This document shows positions 1 to 13,534 of a stretch of DNA of 64,000 bases, piece by piece. Position numbers and translations under genes: made by a program. Positions within the stretch are counted from its first letter, which is position 1, and the number at the start of each line of letters is the position of its first letter. Where the stretch lies: contig NW_003314304.1 in the NCBI RefSeq assembly GCF_000143415.4, forward strand, positions 635,587-699,586, written 5' to 3'. Under the pieces are notes generated by a model that was given only the letters and a program-made list of their open reading frames with translations, was not told where the DNA came from and ran no database searches. Origin of the DNA: Selaginella moellendorffii. Its lineage: Eukaryota; Plantae; Lycopodiophyta.

Positions 1-330
1 AATAAAAATAACACTACTATTAAGCAAACTAAATATTGCCACAACAATTTTTTTTAAACTACTCAGTTTAGTAGTACTTAATTACTTTTATATTTCAATA
101 TTTTAAAGTTTGTCAAAACCTTCATTTCTTTGATTAAGATTTCCTTTATAATACTTATAATTAAGTACTTGACTTGCATTAAATTAACCTAAACTCGTAA
201 AACTTTAAACCACCCCAGGAGCTTGGATAGCCTTGTAGCTCCTTTCGAGAGGTTTCTTTCTTCCTACGATCTGCCACGCAATCCCACCGGGTGAAAGAAA
301 TTCACAAGATTATTTTTCCTTGCGAATCTC

Positions 331-1335
331 ATGTGGGGACATGGTCTAGATTGGCCTTCAATCACATCTGCCGACCCAATGTCTTCTGCTCTTGGCGATT
401 GCCCAGAATGGAACCTTGGGACGGCGTTCCAGCATGGTTCGAAGCAATGCCCAAGAGAGATGTTACGACACTACGCAGCTGATGGGAACTTGGATCAAGC
501 CCAGGAACTGTTTGATCGAATGCCGAGAAGAATGTAGTGGCATGGACTGTGATGGTTACCGCATTTCACCATAAAGGGGATCTGGATAGTGCGAAAGAGT
601 TGTTTGATAAGATGCCTGAGAGAAATCCGGTTTCTTGGGGTGCTCTGATGGCGGCTTACGCAGTGCACAACCGGCTTGAAGAAGTGAAGCGTTTGTTTGA
701 TGCGATGGAGAAATCAAACGTTTACGTCTACACTGTGATGATCACTGCGTATGCCAAAGCAGGGGAAATTGCAAATGCGGAGAGGATGTTTGCTCTCATG
801 CCTGAGAAGGACGTAATCGCTCAAACTACAATGCTGCAAGCGTTTGCTCACAATGGTCTTGTTGAGAAGGCAAGCAAGATCTTTGATGTAATCCTTGACA
901 AGTATGAAATGCCTTGGAACGATATGATCAATTGCATATGCTAAAAAAGGGCAGGCATTTCATGCAAAGCAAGTGTTTGATTCCACGCCCGCAAAGAAAC
1001 AAAACATCGTGACTTAGAACTCAATGCTCTAGCTGTTTAATCTCCTAGCTCTAGAGCTGCTGAAAACCATGCAGCTCGAAAGGATCAAACCAAACGAGAT
1101 AACTTTCATCGCAGCACTGGGTGCCTGTGCTGACGCCGGCAAGCTTGAAACTGGACAAGCGTTCCACGCCAAGATCATCGATCAAGGACCAATGCATCCA
1201 GGTCTTGCTGGTGAATATGTATGGGAAATGCCGTAGCCTGGTGGATACTGTCAGTCTTCAACCAAACCCAAGTGAGCCTCCGCAACACTATTTGCTGGAT
1301 TGTGATGATCATGGCTTTTGAAGACAACCACCACT
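331..1335 (+). pseudogene. PLS-class PPR pseudogene
   Basis: PPR motifs (QAQELFDRMPRR, ELFDKMPERNPVSWGALMAAYA, LVNMYGKCRSL) are spread over several frames with stops and frameshifts. Confidence 0.8.
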
Positions 1336-1336
1336 T

Positions 1337-1570
1337 GCCGGTCGTGCGCTTCATAGGCTGATATCAGAACACCCCAAAAAACCGGATTTCTCTCCTGTCA
1401 AACAACTCTATTTTGCGATCATAGTCCCCTTTCTGGGTACCATCACAGTCCATGCCACTTCGATCAAACAGTTCCTGGGTTTGATCCAACTTCCCATCAG
1501 CTGCATAGCATCGTATCATCACGACCCCGGAGCAGCCCAGCGAAGAAAGAAACCTCTCAAAAGGAAGCTA
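1337..1570 (-). pseudogene. Inverted PPR fragment
   Basis: The reverse complement matches ~236-680 (e.g. gagagaaatccggtt..tggggtg) and also 13210-13380. Confidence 0.7.
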
Positions 1571-1626
1571 CCTTTTGTGAAACTTCTATATAAGAGTTCC
1601 AAGAATTAGGGTTTGATAGGATTCTT

Positions 1627-2352
1627 ATGGGTCATAGCAAAGAATTAGTTGTAGAACTCCCAAGGGTAATGAAAGTGGAGAAGATTTTATTCTCTTCCAA
1701 CACCAACAATCTAGAGTGTGAAGTATTTGGGAAAGAGGATCAAGACGGAGAGTGGATGTTTTTGGGTAAAACAGGTCGAGAAGCAAGATTCAAGCTCACC
1801 AAGCTGAGATTCATCCTTGTCAAACCTCTCTCTGGATTTGAGGTATCTACGATTGTGAGTTTTTATAGCAAGGACAATGCCCAGAAGCCTGTGGAGGAGT
1901 TAGAGTTGAAATACATTAATCCTCAAAAGGTGGACTATCAAAATCCTTTTAAAGTTGGCCAGCTTTCCAAGGACACTCTTGTCACGAAAGCAATTGTTCG
2001 ATCCAATCTCCGGTATTACAAATTCCGGTTGTGGGGCAACATAGAGTATCCCTGCCAATGGTGGTTTCCAATGGGAGACTACGACCAGGACGAGCCCAAC
2101 CCTTGTACGCGAGATTTGACCATCAGATACTTTGATGTGAAGAACGAGGGGAAGTTAATGCTAGCACCTCAATGCAAGTTGATTGTTTTTGAGAGGACTT
2201 CCACTTGTCACTCAGAGCGTGAGGAATTTGATCTACATAATCTTCCACAAAAGAAGCAGTCAAATAGAAGGGGTTCTGATAAAAAACTATCTAAACTCTC
2301 TAATCTGAGCTTAAAAGTTTTAAAGGCCTTAAATGTTGTTAAAAGGAATTAG
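1627..2352 (+). CDS. Uncharacterised 241-aa protein, possibly two galactose-binding/discoidin-like beta domains
   Basis: Intronless ORF with a TATATAA 1587-1593 upstream. It has a near-identical paralogue at 13577-14257. The fold guess comes only from motif pattern. Confidence 0.55.
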   Translation: MGHSKELVVELPRVMKVEKILFSSNTNNLECEVFGKEDQDGEWMFLGKTGREARFKLTKLRFILVKPLSGFEVSTIVSFYSKDNAQKPVEELELKYINPQKVDYQNPFKVGQLSKDTLVTKAIVRSNLRYYKFRLWGNIEYPCQWWFPMGDYDQDEPNPCTRDLTIRYFDVKNEGKLMLAPQCKLIVFERTSTCHSEREEFDLHNLPQKKQSNRRGSDKKLSKLSNLSLKVLKALNVVKRN

Positions 2353-2653
2353 AATTTATAAACTCAAATCTTAGTAATAAATTCAACTTTAACTTGTTTG
2401 TCTAATTCAGAGTAGGAAGTTTTCATGTGACAAATAACACAAGGACAAAACAAATATGTGTCTGCTAGGCTTCAAGCCAGAATGTAGAATTCTCACCACT
2501 AAATATTACCCTAATACTGGACTGTATGGTTCCCTATTGCGAATCAAACAAATAATGAAAGACAAGACATAGAGGAAACCACAATTTCCAATTCAGCCCA
2601 TAAATGCTAGTAGCCCAAAACTCCCTCTTTCTAAACCGGTCTAATCATCATCC

Positions 2654-3565
2654 ATGGGCTCTCTCTCGAAACTTCACGTTGTTCTTATCCCACTTCCAGC
2701 ACAGGGACATGTCGTTCCACTCGTCTATCTTGCCCGCAAGCTCGCGCTCCTTGGAGTCACTATGACCATCATCAACGTTGATAGCATCCACGAAACCTTG
2801 CAGCAATCCTGGACGAGCGAGGCCAATCCTGTGAATAATGGCCAGGACATTCGCCTCGAGTCCATCGAGGATCCACTCGCGGAGCTCTTGTCCCGGATCG
2901 ATCGAGAAGCAGAGTCGTCTCGGAATTTTACCATCTCAGTGCTCCACATGCTGCAAAAAAAAGGCTGGATTGGCTGGAGCGAGCTTTTGGCCGGGAAGTG
3001 CTGCTTGGGATGCCATCGAATTCCACGTTCCAAAGCTCCTGGAGATGGGAGACGTTCCTGTCAAAGGTAAAGCTTCGATGAATCTAGAAGTTTGTTCTAA
3101 GAAAACATGGAAGTTTTCAAGAATGTGATAGAGGGAGATGACAAGCTGATCTCTTACATCCCTGGAATGGAGCTAAGATCACAAGACATTCCACTCTTCA
3201 TGCACGAAGAGAATTCCAGAAGGTCAGGGAAGAGCAGTCATTGCATCTCTCCAAGAGGATCACACGGGATTCTTGGTTTCTGATAAACTCTGTCCATGAC
3301 ATCGAGCTCCGAGTTTTTGAAGCGATGAGGGAAGGATTCGGGGCGAAGTTTGTGCCTGTTGGACCATTGTTTCCTCTCAAGGGAGAAGCGATCAATTCAA
3401 CTGGATTGAAAGAGGTTAGCCTGAGAACTCCAGATGAATCTTGTCTTCCATGTGGTTCTCTATGTTTCGTTTGGAAGCATCTCCTTCATGACTGCCAAGC
3501 AATTTGAGGAGATCACATTGGGATTGGAGGCAAGCAAGGTTCCTTTCCTGTGGGTGATATGATCT
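2654..3565 (+). pseudogene. UDP-glycosyltransferase pseudogene (copy of 14587-16072)
   Basis: HVVLIPLPAQGHV N-terminus, internal deletions and frameshifts. It is truncated before the PSPG box by AT-rich TE DNA. Confidence 0.85.
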
Positions 3566-4656
3566 TTGGTAATACTCTAATTATAATATTATAGTATATG
3601 GATTATCCATTTAAGATTGAATTTGATCTATCCATTATTGTATATAAATATTAGTTATTAGGGGACAATTTATCTTTGGAAGTTTTTTAACAATGTTTTA
3701 GTTAGTGTTTAAAATTATCTTTTTGTTTTTATTCTTTCATTCTTTTTTAGATCTAGATTTGTGTTTGTACTGTTCTTCCTTTTTAGCTTTTATTACATAC
3801 TATGCCATGCTATTGTTGATTAAGGAGTGTGTTATTTAAAGCTATAAATGATATATCATTATTATCATCTAACAACATTGTTTATGTGATTGTATGATGC
3901 TTATCACATACTAATTATATATAGCAATCTTTATTGTGATTTTCATATTAGAGACTTTATTTTTGTTTAACTGTAGTGCATATGGTTTTCACCTTGTACC
4001 CTATGATGATTTATTATAGGATAACTACAAAGTAGAACTTTAACCCTCCACATCACCTACTATGTGCCACATGCCATGTGTCTAAGGATAGTATAGCTAA
4101 ACCCAAGTTTCAAGACTTTAGGCCACTGAATGAAGGGGCAAAGCCAAACTCTTAAGCATAAAACAAAGGAGTGAAAGAAGTAGAGCATAGAACTCCTCTT
4201 GAGCATACAATCTAATGAATGAAGGGGTAGGAGCATAGTGTGACTTGGAACAATCCTAAAACTTTTAATATCCCTATAACATACCTAAATTTGGGGTTAA
4301 ATTTCAAATTAATTACACTATGAAACAAAGGTTTAATACACTCTCAATCCTATAAACACGAGCACCCCATATTTAGCATCTACATGCTAAATGGTGCTAA
4401 ACAGTGTGTAACACAATTTTGGCATACTAGTGACCTAACATAAGAAGGAGAATATGTTATTGACTAGAGCAATATGGAGCTTGAGTTTAGACTTAAGCTG
4501 GCCAGGCATAGAACAAGGAGCAACACAATCTAATGGAAGCCAAATTAATACCTTAATGGTTAATTATGCATTCCAACCATTATTTATACTATACATTTGG
4601 AACCCTCTATACCCCTAAAGAACACACACTTTAGGCATTTACTATGAATACCATAT

Positions 4657-4766
4657 ACTACTAAAATGAAATTAACACATAAGGCGTGATAGTGAAGGTG
4701 GGTAAACTATATATTACTAAAATGGAATTAACACATAAGGCATGATAGCGAAGGTGGGTAAACTAT
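4657..4766. repeat. Two-copy ~56-bp direct repeat
   Basis: tactaaaatg(a/g)aattaacacataaggc(g/a)tgatag(t/c)gaaggtgggtaaactat occurs twice. Confidence 0.8.
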
Positions 4767-4768
4767 CA

Positions 4769-5348
4769 TGTAATGATAGTTTGGACTTCTCAAGAGGTCA
4801 CCCAGCCTAGTATTATTCAAACCCAAGGATGCTTAACCCCAAATATCTCAAGACTCTTAATCAATTGGAAAAAAAGGTGCACTTTTATTTATGGGCCTTT
4901 TCCCTCTATATTTAAACTTTATAGATTGTCTCTCAAGTCGTTCTTTTTAGTTGCTTACAATTCATCATGCTTCCCTACAAATTCACGCTATCATGAATGG
5001 AAGCTAAGAGCTATAGCTCTCCCAAGAGCCCCACTCTCTTGACACCTTACCCCTCGGGTCAAGCCTAACAAGAACAAATTAGACTAGCCAAATGTCAATT
5101 AACATATGGTGTAATTCCCCTAGCCAACCAATAAAGTCGAACCCAAGACCCCTCTGATACCAAATGTAAATTCTTGAGTTTGGACTTCTTAAGAAATCAC
5201 CTAACCTAGTATTATTCAAACTCAAGGATGTTTATCCAAAGACCCTTAACTAATTAAAAAAAGGAGTGCATTCTTATTTATAGGCCCTTTCTCTCTATAT
5301 TTGAACCCTATGGATCGTCTTTCAAATTGTTCTCTTTAGTCACTTACA
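4769..5348 (-). mobile_element. Old, degenerate Cassandra-type TRIM
   Basis: Collinear reverse complement of 47772-48368, with LTRs at ~4769-4959 and ~5165-5348 and a PBS (ctctgatacca) at ~5152-5162. It carries many transition changes. Confidence 0.85.
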
Positions 5349-8300
5349 TCAATATCATGGGTTCCTAACATTAGTAAGTGCAAGTCAATGAATGAGTTTC
5401 TTTAACAAAGTCAAGTATGTTTGACTAATAACATTTAAGAATTTTGTCCTTATGTTCATCTAGTTAAGTGCACACGTGATGACCAATTTTTCAACTAACT
5501 TGGGTGGAAATCATAAAGGGAACTAGCAATACCAACCTCTTGTTGTTGTGGTAATAAGGAGAGAGTGTGCATAACAATTAACTGATAAATATCTTTCAAT
5601 ACCCAAAGTTATATTCGCAATACTCTCCTCCCCTTGGGGAAAATTAATATCCTCGTCAATACATACCTGAGTCTAACAAACTGTCAAGAAAAAAATTCAA
5701 AAAGTTAACAGAAAGCACACTATATAAAAAACACACCAATTTAAATGAGTGATGGAACTACTTTTCCTTACATCTAAAGTCATTAAGACTCAAACACCCT
5801 CTGGCCATTACCAACAAAGAAATGATTAATAAAGTTAGCCACCCTTGCTACTCTAAGTATCACTCGGTATACAAAAGAATGATGCCCACAGGGATATAAT
5901 GAGAGAGCCAAAGGCCCAACTCCCCTTAGCAAGAAATTAACCACATTGGAAAGATATAGACAATTATTATAAATTGGTAAATAAAGTTGTTTATATGACT
6001 ATGTCTCTTTCAAAAAATGAATTAATGAGAGAAAAGTAAGAACTTGTGATCAGTCTATAATAATTATCCCCATGGTTATAGATTATAACCATACATCAAA
6101 GTGTTAAAGTCAGCCTGCCAAAACTGTCCCAAAAACTAATGAACAAAAAAAATGTTTAATTGAAATATATTACTTTATTGATTGCAAGATTTATTATAAA
6201 GATTTACAAAAGTTATTTTTTATTACAAGTCTCATACTTTGTGACAAGGTCACAAGCATGTGTAAGATTACTAAGAGGCTCCCAAGTTAATTCACAAGTA
6301 GAATAACCATGCCACTTAATTAATTATTCTTTGGTATGACCACCACATTTTTGACAATATGATAAAATGTTTTCAACTTTGTATTCAGATTTACTGTTCA
6401 AAACTTCTAGTGGCAGACAAATCTCCCCTTCATATGCAACATCCATAGTGTATAGAGCTAATAAATTGGCATGAAATACATTATGAACATTGGATATGGA
6501 AGATCTAACCAATAAGATATATCATCAATCCATTTCAAAACTTGATAGGGTCTAATATATCTTGGTAATAGCTTCTGAGATAAAAATCTCTTAATATTCA
6601 AGTTTTGGGAAGATAGCTACACTTGATCTCTCATTTGATAAGATACATTGTGATGATACTGATCTTTATCATGTTGATACTTATCCTAAGCTTTGACCAT
6701 CGCATTAGTAGCTCTAAATCAACTGTGGCATAGCTTCTTCACATAAGTCTCAACAGCCAAGACTAACACTTTAGACATTGGTTTTGGCACAAAAATCTAT
6801 TAAGGAACCCCGTGAGCATTCCCTTGTAACATCTCCTATGGAGAACAATTAATAACACTATGAAATATGTTGTTATAACAGATTTTGTTGTGTCCAAATG
6901 CTCAACCTAGTCACGTTAGTTCGCTACAACATAATACCACTAATAATCCTTAATTTCAGCATTCAAACGTTCTCTCTGCCCATTAGTTTGAGGATGATAA
7001 ATTGTACTAAACTTCAACTTAGTATTGAATAACTAGAATAGTATGGCCTAAAACTTCCCCGTAAATCTCAAATCTTTATCTGAGATCATTTCTTCATGAA
7101 GACTACAAACCTGTACTACTTTATGGAAAAAGAGTTTTGCTACTTGCTTGGCATTCATTATTTCCATAGTTGAAATGAAGTGTGAAATCTCCGACAACCA
7201 ATTCACAACCACCATCAAAGTATCATAACCCTTAGACTTTAGCAAGCAAATGACAAAATTAAGTGTCACACTTTGAAATAGCCATGCCGGTGCTGGAATG
7301 CACTACAACTTCTTAACCTGCTTCTCAGTTCTTTGCTTACACTACTAACATATAGGGCAAGAACGGATGTAATTTGCTACATCATTTTCCATACTAGACT
7401 AGAAAAATCCCTTTTTCAATAAAGCAAGAGTTTTTCATTTACCACCATGTCCCACTACCAGAACATTATGATGTTCCTATAAAAACAATTGTTGCAAATC
7501 CTTAGAGGGAAGATATAATTTTTTTTACTTATAGAAAATAAGTTTGTTCTGAACTGAGAAGTGAAGTTTTACATTGGCACAACTAACAACTTTGCTACTT
7601 CACTACTAGGGTTTTGCTTCGACAACTCTACATGGTGCAAGATTACTTTTGTTAATGGATCACTTCCATATGAAGCCCAAACATCCTCCGACCAGTCTAA
7701 ATTGATTGTTGACATGTTGATGCGTAACAAAAAGGACCAACGCTTTATAAGATGACTTAGTGACATATGACCTTTATCAAAAAGCTTTGTGAGTTACTTC
7801 TTGAGTTCAGCCACCTCCTTGATGTTTAAACAATATAAAGCTTTTCTAGGTGGTTTAAAACCTAGAACAATCTCAATCCGATAATCAATCTCATGGATAA
7901 GAGGTAGTATTGGTAGTAAATCCTTTGGAAAGATATTTAAATTCCATGCTAATAACTCTAATATTTCTTTTAGTACAGGATAAACTTTATCACCAGTTCG
8001 AACTGGGTCACTATCACCTTCAGCTTCCATCACTTGAACTTAAAAGGTCTAACATCCCTTCTTAGCTGCTTTTTGAGTGGCTCTTGCAGTAAAAAAATTA
8101 GCATTTTAATCCTTTGAGGAGTGTTTTTGCAATTAAAAAGACACATCATAAGTCCTTCTATATGACTTTATCTAGCACTATAAATCCTTTTGATATATTT
8201 GTTGAAGAAATTTATACCAAACACCATATGAAAATTTGGTATCTTCAACACTACCAAGTTCAATCTCTTTTTTCACTTGAATATTTTTATTGGAACATCA

Positions 8301-9448
8301 CTCACAAATTTTCTAGCTACTTGCCCACCTTCCACAAAATAGAAACATATGGGTAACATGGCCTTAGCTTTCAATCTTAATAACTTTACTAAGTCTTCAG
8401 ATATTATGTTGTACATAGCTCTTATGTCAATCATCAATCAGATTTAGTATCCATAGATAAAGCCTACAAGATACATTAGTGCTTGCATTCACTATGAAAA
8501 AGGCTTGAGGGAAGTAATAAAAGTAACTCACCTCTTATTCCTCATAATTTACATTAACAACCTCATCAACCCTTTCAACTTTGCCACCACCATCTTCCCC
8601 CATGACATTAACATGAGATATTATCTTATGCTTGTTGGGACATTCCAAGGACCTATATCTTACCTCTCCATAATGGAGGCAATAACCCATACTACCCATT
8701 CCACTAGAAATAGGTTTTGCAAATCATTATTGCTTGTACCCACCATAAGGAAGAACAAAGGGCCTAAGACCAAAAAAAGCCATTAATGGTCACGAACCAC
8801 CATTTTTGTTAACCATTATTTGTGCCCAAAGTGGAACTTCCCTTCCATTATTTTTGATCATTTTGTTTATTCCCAAATTTTTTATTTTTGTCCGAGGTAA
8901 CAATATATAGTTGCTAATATTGTTGCATGAATGAGTGACTAAAGGCAACCTGTTGTGTTGCTTTTTTACACTCTATATATATCTTTGGCTTAAACTTTAA
9001 AATCTCATTATGAGAAAGTGAATTTGAACCTTCCAGGAAATAACTTCAAACATCTTTGTCACTCATATTTGCAATCATAATGTGCTTTTTTGAATTGACA
9101 ATCACAAATCACTACACTTCACAGTAAATTGATACAAGGAGGTAAAATATATGTTTTATATGTTTTTTGGTTTTCTCCACAGCTGTCCAGTGGGCAATAT
9201 ATATCATATCATACAATGTGTCAGCTTCTTGCCAGGGTTTATTATTAAGATCACTAGCATGATTTAATCCTAGAGAAGGTGAATTATAATAATTCAAGTA
9301 TTCAAAAACCCACTAAGTCTCCAACCATTTGGACTCAGAACCTCGCCAGCGACTAAAATTGAAATTGTGTATGCTCTAGAGACATGTGTTACACGTAAAC
9401 CCTAACATGCAACTCTAAATCCTAAACAAAAAACATAATACAAGAAGG

Positions 9449-9650
9449 TTGGAGCGGGTAAACTGTAAAACCCTTCATGATGTATGTTACCCTGGGAGAA
9501 TTAATGACTACAAAATTATGATTGAAATAGAAAATGGTTGTCAAATATCAAGCATATCACTTGATCTGGTAAAAAAACTTACACTCCCTATATATCATAG
9601 TTCACAGTTACATGTATTTTTTAATAAGACCATGTGCAAATGATCAATTG
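9449..9650 (+). mobile_element. Possible retropepsin-like protease remnant
   Basis: INDYKIMIEIENGCQISSISLDLVKKLTLP resembles a decayed DxG protease motif region. Confidence 0.3.
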
Positions 9651-10459
9651 AAAGAAGGATATGGAATTGAAGATTTATCTTATAAATTTGGAAATTTTCT
9701 AGAGAGGAGAACATTCAGTGTTATATGAAAAGCTCTTCTGAGACTACATTTCTTAAAGATGATAAACATGTGGTAATTGTTGACTTTAAAAATCACATTG
9801 TTACTTTTAAATGCAATGAATCAAGGTTGGTGGCACAGATTTCAATCTTCACATGGTATATATGAGGTGAGTAAAAATAAATTCAAAGATATGAATAACT
9901 TATGTTGGTGTTCTAACACTCCAAGAGATATTAGTTTGGCTGCAGAAAAAGTTTGTGCCTTTAGAAAACTTTCCAGATTTCCTTAGTGTGAGAAGACTTA
10001 GATGAACTTTGGGATCTCCCATGCTTCATTTTAAGAAAATAATAAAAACGGAATAATATTTGTGCTTAGGATCAATCACAATGGCATTGCAAGCAGCACC
10101 AACACTCCTTTCAACTTATACAGAGTGGATCTTACAGGCAATCACGAACATCCCCGATTGGAAACATCTCAAATTAATAGCATTACATTTATGATCTCTT
10201 CAGCATCATCCAAGAGCCCACAAGAACACTGATCAAGCAGCAATAGTGATCTCACTTGGGACTTAGATTGTAGTCAGAAACCATTGGAGCTAGTGTGTCT
10301 CTAGTAGGGATTACCAGCACAAGGTGGCAGCAAACGATCAAAAGGCCCATGAAACTCTTGAGGTCACGATGTTTGGCTGTAAACAACATCTAAACAATTG
10401 CCAAGCGCTCGTCCAAGTGTCATTTTGCCCATACACTCTGATAATGTAATTCCTTTAGA

Positions 10460-10940
10460 AATTCTACGGTGTCAAACAAGCACTTTTGGCATATGCAGTG
10501 ATCATAACATTCCATGCTAAGAAAACTGTCCATGAGACAAGGTTTCTTTGAGGCATTGAATCAAAGAGATTGTGAATCCATTGACAATAACATACAAGGT
10601 AGCTCATGCAAACTACGTTCCACTCTAGAATTTGATAAAAAAACAAGCCTTGCACGTACATTTGCCAATCACATTCCATGTCACTACATTCTTCCCGGGC
10701 ACGGAATAAAAAGCGTGCAAAGCTGATGATTATGAATGTAATCTTGCAGCAGGATTTTCCATGGAAAGGAGTCTGGGGCGCGAATGGAGTCAAACATGCA
10801 GACCAGAGCTCCTGCATTTGCCATGCCTTCGAATCCTGTGGTGTGGCAACACCAAAGATCTAAGCAATGCTTGCAAGATCCACGATTTTGAAGGAACATG
10901 TTAAACAACGTCTACATCGTCCAAATGCGATATCCCGGCG
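10460..10940 (-). pseudogene. Decayed PPR fragment
   Basis: LFDSMPQRNLVSWT and WNVMITAYAK motifs. Confidence 0.6.
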
Positions 10941-11674
10941 CTTAAAAGCTTCCTATCTTGCAAGGGTTTAGGGTTTATCAAAGATGACAAGGGTTTAGGG
11001 TTTATCATTCCCTAGGTCGATTTTCCAATATCAAACCCCGCCAAGGATCCAACGCCAGTGCCAGTGGAGGATGATCCCAAGAGCTTGTATGGTGCTACAG
11101 TGAGAGTGGCAGTCTAGTGTGGTGGGATTTTGAGATCCCTAACTGGGATTTCTATGACGAATGTAGAGTGTCCTTAAGGCGGCCAGTTTTGCAAAGAGCT
11201 CTGATGAGTATGGTGTAGACCGTGACTCCTGGCTTGAATCCTTGGACCTTTGCTTTGTCCAGCATCATGGGCAATAATCATCGCTGCAAATGTATATGGC
11301 AATACATGGCAGCTCTAGAGCACTTCCACTGGGATTTCTCTCCACCATTTGCCCTCGTGTAAGTTCTCGCTCTTTCCTCTTTGCTGGATTTGAATCCATT
11401 GTTGTGATTTTTGTGGTTCTTCCAGCTCACAAGAATTTGTCATCTGATCGAATTCTCATGCTGGATTTGGTACTGTGGACTGTCGATGAGCACATCTCTT
11501 CGTCACCTCTACGGACAGTGATCTCTCTAGTGCGTTGCACTCGCTGCAGATGAAGAACTACAACGTTCTTCTGGCATGCAACTCTCGGCCTCCCCGGCTC
11601 TCCTTGCCGCAGCTTCGGTAGTATGGCAGTGGGGTAAGCTCGCTAGAGCAGAAGGCCTGGTAGCACAGACAATC

Positions 11675-11830
11675 GTGAGCAGAGGCGGTGACTAGAGCAT
11701 TCCAGGAGAGAACGCTGCGCTGGGGCATCCTCTGAAAAAGATCTTTCGCCTCACGGATATGCCCGTTCTGGGCATATGCCACCACCACCGCGTTCCAGGA
11801 CACGTGGCTCTTTCGACGGATGCGATCGAA
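11675..11830 (-). pseudogene. Inverted fragment of the PPR gene at 16137-18410
   Basis: FDRIRRKSHVSWNAVVVAYAQNGHIREAKDLFQRMPQRSVLSWNALVTA is nearly identical to ~17800-17945. Confidence 0.85.
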
Positions 11831-12400
11831 TGTCACCCGGGAGTTTTTATAAATTCGTCACCGCCACCATCTTCTCCTCCACTATCATTTACGCTGCCAA
11901 CAACGCTACTTTTACCTTTGTCTCCATCGCCGCCAATACCGCCACCACCATACACTCCAGCTCCGCCACCACCTAGTCCAGCCTCGCTTCCGCTACCACA
12001 CACTCCACCCCGCCACCACCTTGTCCAGACGTCCAGCACAAGATTCTCCGCCTGTGACACTAGAGAAGCAGGAATCTTTACAGGACTTCCACAAGGATAT
12101 TTGCGCACTGCTCCAACAAGCGGCTTTGACGCTCAGCCAAAAGCCTCCGGAATCGATGCTTTTGAGTGTGACCCTGGGAGAAAGGATGATTGCTCCACAG
12201 CAACAGAGAACAGGAGAGTTTCCAAGGGGAAAGCTACTGAGAGCTCGACGTCTCAGTGTAAATGCTGTGAAAGTGAAGGATGGAAACCTAGTCGGGAGCC
12301 CAGCTCGCCAGGTGCTGTCACCAGTGCCCGAGACGAAGGAAAGTGGACGTGGAGAAGGTTTTGTTCGGATCCGGGATGGAGGAAGCGGCAAAAGGCAAAA

Positions 12401-12608
12401 TACTGCCAAGCAAATCGAGGAGATTGCGCTGGGATTGGAGGCAAGCAAGGTTCCTTTCCTCTGGGTGATACGATCAAACTCTGTTCTTCGCATGGACGAG
12501 GAAGGTTTCGTGAGCAGGACTGGCGGGAGAGGATTGTTTGTGAGCTGGGCGCTGCAGCTAGAGACCTTGCAGCACGAATCAACCGGGGCTTTTGTCACTC
12601 ACTGTTCA
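12401..12608 (+). pseudogene. UGT fragment including a partial PSPG box
   Basis: AKQIEEIALGLEASKVPFLWVIRSNS...WALQLETLQHESTGAFVTHC matches ~15540-15750. Confidence 0.85.
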
Positions 12609-13430
12609 TGAGTTCGAATGTCCGGATGGCCTCCTGGGCCTCACCAGCTCGAGGGTAGGCCGCGACCATGGCGTCGTAAGAAGTTACGTGTGGAGGGATT
12701 TGCCGAAAGACAGCCTCGGCACTGGGCAGTGATCCACACCTCGCAAACATCTGGACGAGAAAGCTTCTGGAGTGGAGGCTCGCCTGGTTGGCTTCTCCGA
12801 GAGGAGTGACCCCGACATGGTTGGCTTCCACGCCTTCCAAGTCCATTCCAGTGAGAGCTTGGATGGCCTCGCGGCAGTGGTGGTTGTTTCCAAAGGCCGT
12901 GATCATTGCAGTCGGCTCGGTCGAAGACTGTGACGGCGTCCACCAGGCTGCGGCATTTCCCATACATGCTCCTTTCATCCTTGTCAAGGATTACATCAAA
13001 GATCTTCGTTGCCTTCTCGAAAACACCATTGTGAGCAAACGCTTGCAGCATTGTAGTCCGAGCGACTACGTCCTTCTCAGGCATGAGAGCATACATCCTC
13101 TAGGCATTTTCATTTTCCCTGGCTTTGGCATACGCAGTGTTCATCTCAGTGTGCACGTAAAATGTTTGGTTTCTCCATCGCATAAAAAAACGCTTCGCTC
13201 CTTCCAGCTGGTCGTGCGCTTCATAGGCTGATATCAGAGCACCCCAAAAAACCGGATTTCTCTCTCCTGTCCCCTTTCTGGGTACCATCACAGACTACAT
13301 TCGTCTCGGGCATTCGATCAAATAGTTCTTGGGTTTGATCCAAGTTCCTATCAACTGCATAGCGTCGTATCATCACGACCCATGGCCCCACATGAGATTT
13401 GCAAGGAAAACATTGGAGCTATGGTGGCCG
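12600..13430 (-). pseudogene. PPR pseudogene, inverted relative of 331-1335
   Basis: ALMPEKDVVARTTMLQAFAHNG, MYGKCRSLVDA and ERNPVFWGALISAY in broken frames. Confidence 0.8.
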
Positions 13431-13534
13431 CTCAAAGTCCTGTGAATTTCTTTCACCCTTTCCCGGACAGCAAAGCTACCTTTTGTGAAACTTCTATATA
13501 AGAGTTCCAAGAATTAGGTTTTGATAGGATTCTC

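Larger units (their letters stand above)
3570..9450 (-). mobile_element. Degenerate Ty3/gypsy chromovirus-type LTR retrotransposon (RT/RNase H mostly deleted)
   Basis: Minus-strand remnants: pre-RT segment (IFPKDLLPILP..IDYRIEIVLG, 7794-8033), integrase (GYDTLMVVVNWLSEISHFI, 7048-7269) and chromodomain (EYKVENILSY..LTWEP, ~6270-6400). A PPT-like tract lies at ~5621-5635. Boundaries are approximate. Confidence 0.75.

Noticed and set aside
10964-11006. Telomeric repeat tract
   Set aside because: Only short gggtttagggttt units, best read as telo-boxes.
11759-12658. 299-aa Pro-rich ORF as an extensin gene
   Set aside because: It crosses unrelated fragments (antisense PPR, out-of-frame UGT) and has no signal peptide.
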